Shown one piece after another: positions 18,480 to 27,211 of a DNA stretch of 64,000 nucleotides. Both the position numbers and the translations under genes were made by a program. Position 1 is the stretch's first letter; every line of letters starts with the position of its first letter. Source of the stretch: Candidatus Brocadiia bacterium (GTDB lineage: Bacteria > Planctomycetota > Brocadiia > CAIUPP01). The stretch is taken from contig JBEKCB010000028.1 of assembly GCA_050015075.1 (NCBI GenBank), positions 1-64,000 of the forward strand, read 5' to 3'. The notes under the pieces were generated by a model. That model was not told the origin of the DNA. It searched no databases and saw nothing but the letters and a program-made list of their open reading frames with translations.

Positions 18480-19592
18480 ATGGACATCTCGGACCTGTTT
18501 GCATTCGCTCAAGCGCGGAAGGCGTCGGACCTGATCCTGACGGCGGACTCGCCGCCGATCCTGCGCATTGACGGCGAAATGCGGCTCGTGAAGGCGGACC
18601 CGTTGACCGCGGAGCAGACCAAGCAACTCATCTACGGGATTCTCGACGACACCCAGATCGCCCGGTTCGAGTCCGAGCGCGAGCTGGATTTCTCGCTCTT
18701 CGTCAAGGGCACGCAGCATTTTCGCGGGAACGTCTTTCTCCAGCGCGGGTTCGTCGGGGCGGCGTTCCGGCTGATCCCGGAGCATCTGCCCAAGCTGTCC
18801 GAACTGGGCCTGCCGCCGGTCATCGAGCAGCTCTGCACGGCGCAGCAGGGGCTCATCCTCGTCACCGGGCCGACCGGCCACGGCAAGTCCACCACGCAGG
18901 CGGCCATGATTGACATCATCAACGAGCGGCGCCGCGCGCATATCGTGACGGTGGAAGACCCGCTGGAGTTCATCCACAAGAGCAAGACCTCCGTCATCGA
19001 GCAGCGGGAGGTCGGCATCGACACGAAAAGCTTCGCGTCGGCGCTGCGCCACGTGCTGCGCCAGGCGCCCGACGTCATCCTGATCGGCGAGATCCGCGAC
19101 CTGGAGACCATTTCCACCGCGCTGACGGCCGCGGAGACCGGGCACCTGGTCATCACCACGCTGCACACCAACGACGCGATGCAATCCATTGACCGGCTCG
19201 TGGACGTATTCCCGCCGCACCAGCAGGCCCAGGTGCGGTCGCAGTTGGCGCTCTCCCTTCTGGCGGTGATCGCGCAGCGGCTGGTGCCGCGGGCGGATGG
19301 GCACGGGCGCGTCCTGGCCGTCGAGCTGCTGCGCAACAACGCCGCCTCCTCGCACCTGATCCGCGAGGGGAAAACGCACAACATCTATACGGTCCTGGAG
19401 ACGCACGCTCGCGAAGGGATGTGCACGATGGACGCGAGCCTCAAACAGCTCTACCTGCAAGGAACCATCACGCGCGAGGAAGCGCGCCGACGCATGAAGA
19501 GCCCGGAACAACTGACCATGGGCGGCGTCGTTCCCGCTGCGGCCGGCCAGGACGCGCCGAAGCCGGCGGATGGGTCCGACTATCACGAGTAA
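18480..19592 (+). CDS. pilT: type IV pilus retraction ATPase PilT/PilU family
   Basis: ASDL, GPTGHGKST, TVEDPLE, EQREVG, LRQAPDVILIGEIRD, TGHLVITTLH, HLIREGK. Confidence 0.9.
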   Translation: MDISDLFAFAQARKASDLILTADSPPILRIDGEMRLVKADPLTAEQTKQLIYGILDDTQIARFESERELDFSLFVKGTQHFRGNVFLQRGFVGAAFRLIPEHLPKLSELGLPPVIEQLCTAQQGLILVTGPTGHGKSTTQAAMIDIINERRRAHIVTVEDPLEFIHKSKTSVIEQREVGIDTKSFASALRHVLRQAPDVILIGEIRDLETISTALTAAETGHLVITTLHTNDAMQSIDRLVDVFPPHQQAQVRSQLALSLLAVIAQRLVPRADGHGRVLAVELLRNNAASSHLIREGKTHNIYTVLETHAREGMCTMDASLKQLYLQGTITREEARRRMKSPEQLTMGGVVPAAAGQDAPKPADGSDYHE

Positions 19593-19651
19593 TCCTGGCG
19601 GCGCTGTCGAATGCTTCGCCGGGAATGCGGGCGGCTTGCGAGAGGCATGGA

Positions 19652-20344
19652 ATGAATCTCCGTATCGTGCTCTGGATCATCGGCATCACCGGCGCCGTCG
19701 CCTCCTGTTGCGCGTGGCGCATTGAGGGGATCGCCCGTAGCCGCGCGTTCCGATGGGGCGGATGCGCGTTGCTCGCCGGGCTGCTCCTTGTGCTGCGATA
19801 CCGAACGAAGACGCTCGTCCGGGAAGACCTGCTTCCCGTCATCGCGGCGTGCATCTGGTGGCTGCCGTTCGCGGCCTGGTTCGTCTTTCAGAATTTCGGC
19901 CGAAGGCTGACTCCGAGGCTCGTGGACACCGCCAAGCTTTCGTCGAGTTTCCGAGGGGCCGAAGCGGCCGCGAAGCGAAAGGACTACCCCGCGGCCCTTC
20001 TCCTTTATCACCAGGCGGCGGCGGAGTATCCGGAAGACCCGGAGCCGCGCCGCCGCATCGGTGAAGTGTTCCTGGAGACCGGCTTGCCGGACGACGCGAT
20101 CATCTCGTTTCGCGATGCGCAGAAACTGGTGAGGGAACCGGACGACAAGCTGCTGCTGGCCTTCGCGATCGCCGACACGCTCGTGGACTACAAGAAGGAC
20201 GTGCCGGGCGCAGTCCAGGTCCTCGAGGATTTCCTGGCGAACTATCCTGACGTCGCGGGCCGGCCTTTCGCCGAAAGACGGCTTCAGAAGATGTCCGCGC
20301 TCTTGACGAACGGCCGCGCGCGCAAACCCCCGATCACGGCATGA
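19652..20344 (+). CDS. membrane protein with C-terminal TPR repeats
   Basis: Three N-terminal TMs followed by TPR-like helices (YPEDPEPRRRIGEV, NYPD). Confidence 0.7.
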   Translation: MNLRIVLWIIGITGAVASCCAWRIEGIARSRAFRWGGCALLAGLLLVLRYRTKTLVREDLLPVIAACIWWLPFAAWFVFQNFGRRLTPRLVDTAKLSSSFRGAEAAAKRKDYPAALLLYHQAAAEYPEDPEPRRRIGEVFLETGLPDDAIISFRDAQKLVREPDDKLLLAFAIADTLVDYKKDVPGAVQVLEDFLANYPDVAGRPFAERRLQKMSALLTNGRARKPPITA

Positions 20345-21285
20345 ACCACAGAAACCGCTTTCTCGTAGTCGGACTGCATCCGGCGATAGACCGCACGCTG
20401 GAGATCGGCCGCTTCACGGCCGGCGGCGTGATCCGCGGCCGCGTTCTCATGGTCGAGGCGGCCGGAAAGGGCGCCAACCTTGCCCATTCTCTTTCCAATT
20501 TCGGGCTCAGGCTCGTCGCCACCGGCTTCCTGGGGCGACAGGATGAGGCGTTCTTCCTCTCGTCCTTTCGAAAAGACCGCGTCAGGGCCGAATTCGTTGC
20601 CGTCGAGAGTCTCACGCGCGAGAACGTCACGATCATCGAGCGGGATTTCCGCAGGGACACGCACCTGGTCGCCGGAAGGCTGCGGGTCGGCCGAGCGGAC
20701 GTGAATCGGCTGCGGAAAATCATCGCGCGCGAGGCTGCCAAGGGCCGATGGGTGGTGTTCAGCGGCAGTCGTCCTGAAGGTTTGCGCCTCTCCGACTACG
20801 CGCGCCTGCTCAGCCTGTGCCGCGAGAGCGGCGCGAAGCTTTGCGTGGACGCCAGCGGGCCGATGCTTCGCGCGGCTTTGAAGGCAAGGCCGTGGATCGT
20901 CAAGCCGAACCTCGAGGAATTGAGTGAATTGGCCGGCCGCAGGCTCTCCCGCGCCAACGAAATTCTTGAGGCCGCCGCGCGGCTGACGGAATGGTGCGAG
21001 CACGTGCTCGTCAGTCTCGGCCGGAACGGGGCGCTGCTGGTCTCGCGGAAGGGCGCCTGGCGCGCGCGCGACAGCCGGCGCGTTTCAGCGGTGCATACCG
21101 TCGGCTGCGGCGACGCGCTCCTGGCTGGATTTCTCTCCGCTTGCGCCCGCGGCAAATCGCTCCCGGAGGCGACGCGGTTCGCAGTGGCGTGCGGCTCCGC
21201 GTGCGCACGCAGCTATCGCGCCTGTCTGCTCTCCGAAAAAGAAGTGCGCCAGGTCCTTCCGGGCGTCCGCGTCGTCGAACTTTGA
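20341..21285 (+). CDS. 1-phosphofructokinase family (PfkB) hexose kinase
   Basis: AGKGAN, ATGFLG, TRENVT, VKPNLEEL, VSLGRNG, TVGCGDA. Confidence 0.88.
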   Translation: MNHRNRFLVVGLHPAIDRTLEIGRFTAGGVIRGRVLMVEAAGKGANLAHSLSNFGLRLVATGFLGRQDEAFFLSSFRKDRVRAEFVAVESLTRENVTIIERDFRRDTHLVAGRLRVGRADVNRLRKIIAREAAKGRWVVFSGSRPEGLRLSDYARLLSLCRESGAKLCVDASGPMLRAALKARPWIVKPNLEELSELAGRRLSRANEILEAAARLTEWCEHVLVSLGRNGALLVSRKGAWRARDSRRVSAVHTVGCGDALLAGFLSACARGKSLPEATRFAVACGSACARSYRACLLSEKEVRQVLPGVRVVEL

Positions 21286-21345
21286 TGCTCCTGTAAGTCG
21301 CACTCGCCGGGGTTGTTACGTCTGTCGGGGAGCTGCGGATTCCAG

Positions 21346-21374
21346 TTGACAAAACTCCTTCCGTGCGCCATTAT
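21346..21374 (+). promoter_or_regulatory. sigma70-type promoter TTGACA-N17-CATTAT
   Basis: Perfect -35 in the pfkB-dapL intergenic region. Confidence 0.45.
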
Positions 21375-21609
21375 TCTATTAGGAGCGGGCAAGTGCAAAG
21401 CGCTACGGCATCGTGATCGCGATGCGATTACTCCACAAAAAGGCGCTTCGCTCTCGCCCGCTGATGTGGGGCGCAAGAGCGCCCGTCAGCTCGAAGGCTT
21501 GCTTTAACCTTCCAGCGTAATGTTCTCCCTTGACTCAAACACGGGGAGACGTTATATCCACAAACTGCTTGCTTGGCCCGAAACCATTTCATTTGCTCCA
21601 GGAGGCGCC

Positions 21610-22779
21610 ATGTTGCGCAAGGCGACGCGACTCGAAAAAATCCCACCGTATCTTTTCATGGAACTGCGGAACAAGATCAACAAAGCCAAAGCGGCCGGCG
21701 TGGACGTGATCAGCCTGGCGATCGGCGATCCGGTCGAGACGACACCGGGACCGATCATCGAAGAACTCTGCCGCGCCGCGCACGATCCCGCGAACCATCG
21801 TTACCCGACGGACGAGGAAAAAGGGATGGCCGCGCTCCGGCGCGAAGTCTGCCGCTGGTATGCCGAGCGCTACAACGCGCCGGTGAACCCTGAAACGGAG
21901 TGCCTGATCCTGATCGGCTCCAAGGAAGGCGGCCATCACTTTGCGCTCGCGATGGTGAACCCGGGCGATACCGTGTTGGTGACTGATCCGGGCTATCCGG
22001 GCTACAGACCGAGCATCTGGCTGGCCGGCGCCGAGCCTTACGCGGTGCCGATGACCGCCGAGAACGCCTTCCTTCCCGACCTCCGCAAGATCCCCTCGGA
22101 CGTGGTCCGGAAGGCGAAGGCGTTCTACCTGAATTACCCCAACAACCCGACCGGTGCGGTGGCCACGCCGGAGTTCCTCACGCAGCTGGTGGCGTTCGCG
22201 CGGGAGCACTCCATCGCCATCTGCTACGACAACCCGTACATTGACATCGTTTTTGACGGCGCCAGGCCGCTGAGCATTCTCAGCATCGAGGGTGCCAAAG
22301 AGGTGGCCGTCGAGCTGAACAGTTTCTCGAAGCCGTTCAACATGTGCGGCTGGCGGCTCGGCATGGCGCTGGGGAACCCGACCGCCATCGCGGCCATGTC
22401 GCAGGTCAAGTCGAACACCGACAGCGGCGTGTTCAACGCGGTGCAATACGCGGGCATTGCCGCGCTCAAACTCTGCGCGCCGGAGGTGGAGAAGATGCTC
22501 CTCGTATACGGTCGCCGGCGCGCGCTGGTCGCGGACACGCTCAATTCCATCGGCTGGAAATGCGCGCTGCCGAAGGGCACTTTCTATATCTGGCTGCCGA
22601 CGCCGGACGGCAAGAGCTCGGCGGATTTCGCGGCGGAGCTTTTTGAAAAGGCCCACATCGTCGTCGCGCCCGGCAGCGCGTATGGGAAGTTCGGCGAAGG
22701 GTACATCCGGCTTTCACTCACGATCACCGACGACCGCCTGGGACAGGCGATGGATCGTCTCAGGAAAGCATTTGGCTGA
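21610..22779 (+). CDS. dapL: LL-diaminopimelate aminotransferase (class I/II PLP aminotransferase)
   Basis: IPPYLF, ISLAIGDP, LIGSKEG, LNYPNNPTG, SFSKPFNMCGWRLG, KSNTDSG; GGAGG RBS. Confidence 0.8.
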   Translation: MLRKATRLEKIPPYLFMELRNKINKAKAAGVDVISLAIGDPVETTPGPIIEELCRAAHDPANHRYPTDEEKGMAALRREVCRWYAERYNAPVNPETECLILIGSKEGGHHFALAMVNPGDTVLVTDPGYPGYRPSIWLAGAEPYAVPMTAENAFLPDLRKIPSDVVRKAKAFYLNYPNNPTGAVATPEFLTQLVAFAREHSIAICYDNPYIDIVFDGARPLSILSIEGAKEVAVELNSFSKPFNMCGWRLGMALGNPTAIAAMSQVKSNTDSGVFNAVQYAGIAALKLCAPEVEKMLLVYGRRRALVADTLNSIGWKCALPKGTFYIWLPTPDGKSSADFAAELFEKAHIVVAPGSAYGKFGEGYIRLSLTITDDRLGQAMDRLRKAFG

Positions 22780-23524
22780 AATCTTCGGGCGACTGGCCGC
22801 CGGCGCGCGTCATCTCGGCGGGGCGCTGCTCGACCTGGTCTATCCGCAGGATTGCATCGGCTGCGGCGCGGGCCCGGTCCTCTCTGACGGTTCCTGTCTT
22901 TGCGCGGCCTGCCGGACCGCGCTGCCGCGAATCGGCCGGTGGCAGTGCCCGCACTGCGGCGATGAACTTGGACCCTATGCCGCCGGCGCGGGCGCCTGCC
23001 GCAGTTGCGCTCGACACAAGGGGCGCTTTTTCCGCGGCGCCGCCGCCGTGTGTCGCTATGAAGACGTCGCCCGTCAGATGGTCTGGGAGCTGAAATATCA
23101 CGGAGACATCCGCGCAGTGGCATGGATGGGACGGGAACTGTACGGAAAACTTGCGGAAAAAGATTGGTTCCCGCAAGTGGAGGCGCTGGTTCCCGTGCCG
23201 CTGCATTGGCGGCGGCGGGTGCAGCGGCGGTTCAATCAGTCGGAGATGCTGGCGCGAGCGATTTCCCGCGTCGCCGGCAAGGAGGTTCTGCCGTGGGCCT
23301 TGCAACGCAGGCAGCACACGACGCCGCAGGTCGCGCTCGACCGTGCGCGCCGAGCCGAGAACGTCGAGGGCGCGTTTCGGCTCCGGGAGGCGAAGCGCAT
23401 CAAGGGCAGAGTCATCCTGCTGGTGGATGACGTGATGACCACGTGCGCCACCGCTGAGGAGTGCTCTCGCGCGCTCCTGGATGGTGGTGCAAAGACCGTT
23501 TATGTGGCCGTCTACGCGCGTTGA
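22772..23524 (+). CDS. comF: ComF family protein (double zinc ribbon + PRTase)
   Basis: LDLVYPQDCIGC, CxxC pairs, LKYHG, PVPLH, FNQS, LLVDDVMTT; TTG start overlapping the dapL stop. Confidence 0.85.
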   Translation: MAEIFGRLAAGARHLGGALLDLVYPQDCIGCGAGPVLSDGSCLCAACRTALPRIGRWQCPHCGDELGPYAAGAGACRSCARHKGRFFRGAAAVCRYEDVARQMVWELKYHGDIRAVAWMGRELYGKLAEKDWFPQVEALVPVPLHWRRRVQRRFNQSEMLARAISRVAGKEVLPWALQRRQHTTPQVALDRARRAENVEGAFRLREAKRIKGRVILLVDDVMTTCATAEECSRALLDGGAKTVYVAVYAR

Positions 23525-23556
23525 GCGACAGTCGCCGATGCAGGCCCGACTGTCGC

Positions 23557-23754
23557 TCACGAGCGTGCGTAGCGGTAGATCGTGCCTCGGCTGATTTTCA
23601 GCATCTGAGCGGCCTGGCTGACATTGCCATCGGCCTTTGCCAACGCCCATCTGACCACCGCGCGCCGGGCCACTTTCAGCGGCTGAATGCGTCCCTCAGC
23701 GAGCTGGTTGACCATGTGCACGATTTCCTCAGGCATTGCCAGTTTCTGCTCCAT
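23557..23754 (-). CDS. stand-alone Fis-type HTH protein (65 aa)
   Basis: ALAKADGNVSQAAQMLKISRGTIYR is an HTH_8 signature; GGAG RBS. Confidence 0.75.
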   Translation of the reverse strand: MEQKLAMPEEIVHMVNQLAEGRIQPLKVARRAVVRWALAKADGNVSQAAQMLKISRGTIYRYARS

Positions 23755-23840
23755 GTTGTCTCCTACCTGCCAAGCGAACCGCGCCACGGCCTTCAATCAA
23801 AGCCCTCAGCGCATTTGCTTCGCGGCGGCATCTTAGGATA

Positions 23841-23856
23841 AGCAAAGCACGTGCCA
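23841..23856 (-). promoter_or_regulatory. sigma54 (-24/-12) promoter
   Basis: Minus strand reads TGGCAC-GTGCT-TTGCT, an exact TGGCAC-N5-TTGCW match about 87 nt upstream of the Fis-HTH gene. Confidence 0.8.
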
Positions 23857-23918
23857 CTCTGCTTAGCGAGCCGCGACCGTCTGCCAAGCCGACGAGTTTT
23901 CTATCGCGCCGTCGGACG

Positions 23919-23943
23919 TAACATGCTGGCATTAAGCATGTTA
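23919..23943. promoter_or_regulatory. inverted repeat TAACATGCT-N7-AGCATGTTA, candidate transcription-factor site
   Basis: Perfect 9-bp arms in an AT-richer intergenic region. Confidence 0.5.
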
Positions 23944-24108
23944 TGCCCCTTTTGCATAAGCCCGGAGATGGTCGCTATTTGAGACGCCATTGTCGCGACG
24001 TATTACTGCGGCGTGATTTGCGACACTCAGGTGAAGGCAGTGTCCGAATGTAGAATTCTGCCTAGTGTTCAACCGCTTGCCGACGCATGGTCGTCCGGAG
24101 TTTTTTTC

Positions 24109-24137
24109 TTGACACTCGTGAAGAGACACGCTATTCT
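24109..24137 (+). promoter_or_regulatory. sigma70-type promoter TTGACA-N17-TATTCT
   Basis: Near consensus with a T-tract upstream. Confidence 0.6.
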
Positions 24138-24235
24138 GCCGATGCAAAACATGTCCGCTGTTACTTATGCGGATTTCGTAGTCGTCGCGGAGAAGACGAG
24201 TTTCCAGTTAACCGGGCGCACGGCCTTTGGGAGCT

Positions 24236-24994
24236 ATGACCATGCCGGGAGAGCAACCGAAGCAAGGCGCAGGAAGTGGCGGGCCGGATCGTCTGTCGGA
24301 AATCCAAGCGAGGGTTGACGAGCTGACGAAGCTGACCCAGCAATATGAGGTGGCGCGCATCGCAGCGCGACGGACGCGCACGGGCATCACCATTGTCATC
24401 CTGTTGATCGCGCTAGGCTTCGCGGCGGTGCTCATCAGCACGGCGTACAGCTTCTGGAATTCCAAGAAAGAGCGGGAGGAATTCCTGGGTCAGCTTCAGG
24501 CCCGAATGCTGAGCACCGAGAGCGGCACGCTCCATGAGGCTATCAACATGGTCCGCGAAGTGGCGCCGGTCTACGCGGATGAGGCCAAGAAACAATTCAG
24601 CCAGGAATGGCCCAGCATTCGGGCCAAAATCCATTCCGAAGCTGACCTCTTTCTGGCCGATCTTGCCACGCAGAGCCGGGAGAGACTCAAGGCCAGGCTG
24701 GAGATAGTCGCGAAGGGTGCGGAGCAGCGGCTGAAGGTCGAGTTCAAGGAACTCAACAACGAACAGACCCTCGCCACGGTGATGGACAACATGCACAAGG
24801 CCCTGGAAAACGCGGTGCTGGACGTCTTTGAAGCCCGCACGCAGAAGGCCAAGGAACGGCTGATGGCCGTGCAGGCGAAGGCCATGGACTTCGCGCCGGC
24901 GGACAACGGCGACACGTTCGTAGAACGAGTGGGAAAGGCCTGGGATCAGTTCCTGCTTTACGATGCCGGCGTTGGGAAAAAGGCGCAGCCGTGA
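24236..24994 (+). CDS. hypothetical single-TM alpha-helical protein
   Basis: N-terminal coiled coil, one TM, long amphipathic helical remainder; start uncertain (24236 or 24242). Confidence 0.75.
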   Translation: MTMPGEQPKQGAGSGGPDRLSEIQARVDELTKLTQQYEVARIAARRTRTGITIVILLIALGFAAVLISTAYSFWNSKKEREEFLGQLQARMLSTESGTLHEAINMVREVAPVYADEAKKQFSQEWPSIRAKIHSEADLFLADLATQSRERLKARLEIVAKGAEQRLKVEFKELNNEQTLATVMDNMHKALENAVLDVFEARTQKAKERLMAVQAKAMDFAPADNGDTFVERVGKAWDQFLLYDAGVGKKAQP

Positions 24995-25043
24995 CCGGTA
25001 AGGCCGTGTCCGCACTGAAAACACAATCAAGGAGGAACTGACC

Positions 25044-25811
25044 ATGGCCCAAGAATTCGACGACGAGCGCCTCAGCAAGGTGGAGAAGTCGCTGGCGGCG
25101 CTGGAATCCCATGTGCGCGAGCAGACGCTTCGCACGCAGTCCGGCACGCGGGTCGCGCTGGTGGTCGGCATCATTGTCATCGCCCTGCTTTTCGTCTGGC
25201 TCTCTTTTATCGCCTGGAAGATCAAGGAAGAGATGAGGCCGGAGCAGGCGGCGGAGACTGTGGCCGCCATGTTCACCAACCGCATCCCGGCTTTGAAGGA
25301 TGCGCTGATCGAGCACGCGCCCGAGGTCGTCGCGAACGCCCGGCAGATGGCCGTGAGCGACATCCCCGTCGTGCGCGAATGGGCCGAGAAAAAGTCGCTG
25401 GCTCTCGTGGATGACTTCGCTCAGAAGTTGGAAGATCGAGCAGACGAGATGGTCGGCAAGATCGTCGAGGCGCATCGCTCGGAGCTTCAGCCGCTCATCG
25501 AGGCCGCCGCAAACGCCGGCGACGCCGCCAAGCTCCAGGAGACCTTCAGAAGGTCCATGGAGGACCTGTTCGGGCGCCAGTTGGACGAAGTCCTCAAGGA
25601 CTTCAACTCATCCATGACCGGAATTGAGCACCGGCTCGATCGCTATAAACTGCCGGACGCCCAGTTGAACCCGGACGAGCAGCTCGAGAAAACGGCCCTT
25701 ATTGCGGTGATGTCCGTGGTTGAGCAGGCGATCCATGAGCCGGGCGCGGCTGCCGGGACCTCCAAGCCGGCCCCGACGCCCGCTCCGGCCACCCAAAGTC
25801 CGGCCCCCTGA
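25044..25811 (+). CDS. hypothetical single-TM alpha-helical protein (probable paralog of the upstream gene)
   Basis: Same size and layout; AAGGAGG RBS. Confidence 0.8.
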   Translation: MAQEFDDERLSKVEKSLAALESHVREQTLRTQSGTRVALVVGIIVIALLFVWLSFIAWKIKEEMRPEQAAETVAAMFTNRIPALKDALIEHAPEVVANARQMAVSDIPVVREWAEKKSLALVDDFAQKLEDRADEMVGKIVEAHRSELQPLIEAAANAGDAAKLQETFRRSMEDLFGRQLDEVLKDFNSSMTGIEHRLDRYKLPDAQLNPDEQLEKTALIAVMSVVEQAIHEPGAAAGTSKPAPTPAPATQSPAP

Positions 25812-25851
25812 TGTGCCGTGAGACGCACGCAGCCGTGACCGCGCGAATCGT

Positions 25852-25885
25852 CAGAACGGCCCGCTTAACCGGCGGGCCGTTTCTG
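25852..25885 (+). terminator. intrinsic terminator
   Basis: AACGGCCCGC-N7-GCGGGCCGTT followed by TCTGTT. Confidence 0.55.
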
Positions 25886-25905
25886 TTCCCGCGCCTGAGA
25901 ACCAG

Positions 25906-27198
25906 TTGAGCGGAGAGACGGCCGTGGCGTCAAAGCGGATTCTCATCGCGGACGACCATCCCCAATCCGTCGCAGCCGGGCGGGCGGCGCTGACTGCGGA
26001 TGGGTATGAAGTGATCGCCGCGAAGACCCTGCCCGAAGCGGCGCGCGCTCTCGGCGAGATGAACCCCGATCTGATCGTGCTCGACGCCGCATTGCCCGGC
26101 GGAGATACGGCCGTTTTTTGCGCCGCGCTCTCGGGGGCGCAAAGTCCGAAGCGCATTCCCGTCCTGATCCTGGTGCCGCCGCGGTGCCCGGAGCCTCTGC
26201 TGGCGGGCTTGCGTCCGTTTGGGGCCGAATGCCTGTTCAAGCCGTTCCACGCGGCCGATCTGCGGCAGCGCGTCAAGATGTTGCTGGCTGAACGGCCCGA
26301 ACGCGCTTCGGCGGGCAACGCGAATTCGGCTGAGTCGGCGCTGGGCCGCGCTTTGCGGGAAGGATCGGCCGCCTTGAACTCCGCCGGTCTTTCGGGCGCG
26401 GAATTGGGAGGCTGCAGACTTGAGCGAGCGCTCGGCCACGGCGCCACCAGCACGGTTTACCTGGGCCGGCATTTGCTGCTGGACGTGCGGGTGGCCGTCA
26501 AGGTTTTCAACGCCTCGTCGGCGCAGTGGAGCGGGGAGAACCTGCGGCGGTTCATTCGCGGGGCGCGCGCGGCCGCAAAGGTCGAGCACCCGAACCTCGC
26601 CGGCCTGCTCAATGCGGGCCGCGAAGGAGAGTTCTACTTCCTGGTCCAGCGCTACATCGAGGGCGAAACGCTGAAAGCCCGGATCGAAGCCGCGACCCGG
26701 CTGGACGAGGCGTCCGTCGTCCGCCTGCTGCGGCAGATCGCTGCAGGGCTGTCCGCGGTGCACGCGCTGGGGATCGTCCACAGGGATGTCAAGCCCGCCA
26801 ATATCATTCTCGCCACGTCGGGCGAGGCCGTGTTGACCGATTTCGGCCTGGCGCGCGCCGCCGGATGGTCGGATATCACGAGCGAAACCGGGATGGTCGG
26901 AACGCCGTTCTACATGTCCCCCGAGCAGTGCATGGGGCAGGCGGTGGATGCGCGGGCCGACCTTTATTCGCTCGGCGCCAGCGGCTATCATGCCGCCACC
27001 GGGCGACCGCCGTTCATCGGCGACACGCCGGTGGACGTGGTCCGAGGGCACACGCAGGAAATTCCACCCTGGCCGCAGGATCTGGCGCCGGCGCTCTCCG
27101 GCGAGCTGGCGCAGGCGCTTATGAAACTGCTGGCGAAATCGCCCGACCAGCGTTACGCGAGCGCCGAGGAATTGATCCGCGCGTTGGAAAGGCTCTGA
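25906..27198 (+). CDS. receiver domain-Ser/Thr kinase fusion
   Basis: RILIADD..PDLIVLD..FKPF; then GHGATSTVY, VAVK, HRDVKPAN, DFG, GTPFYMSPE. Confidence 0.85.
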   Translation: MSGETAVASKRILIADDHPQSVAAGRAALTADGYEVIAAKTLPEAARALGEMNPDLIVLDAALPGGDTAVFCAALSGAQSPKRIPVLILVPPRCPEPLLAGLRPFGAECLFKPFHAADLRQRVKMLLAERPERASAGNANSAESALGRALREGSAALNSAGLSGAELGGCRLERALGHGATSTVYLGRHLLLDVRVAVKVFNASSAQWSGENLRRFIRGARAAAKVEHPNLAGLLNAGREGEFYFLVQRYIEGETLKARIEAATRLDEASVVRLLRQIAAGLSAVHALGIVHRDVKPANIILATSGEAVLTDFGLARAAGWSDITSETGMVGTPFYMSPEQCMGQAVDARADLYSLGASGYHAATGRPPFIGDTPVDVVRGHTQEIPPWPQDLAPALSGELAQALMKLLAKSPDQRYASAEELIRALERL

Positions 27199-27211
27199 AC
27201 GAACCTTGCGG

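Noticed and set aside
21286-21609. Canonical lysine riboswitch, tRNA or SRP RNA upstream of dapL
   Set aside because: Conserved motifs of these families were not found; kept only as an unknown structured candidate.
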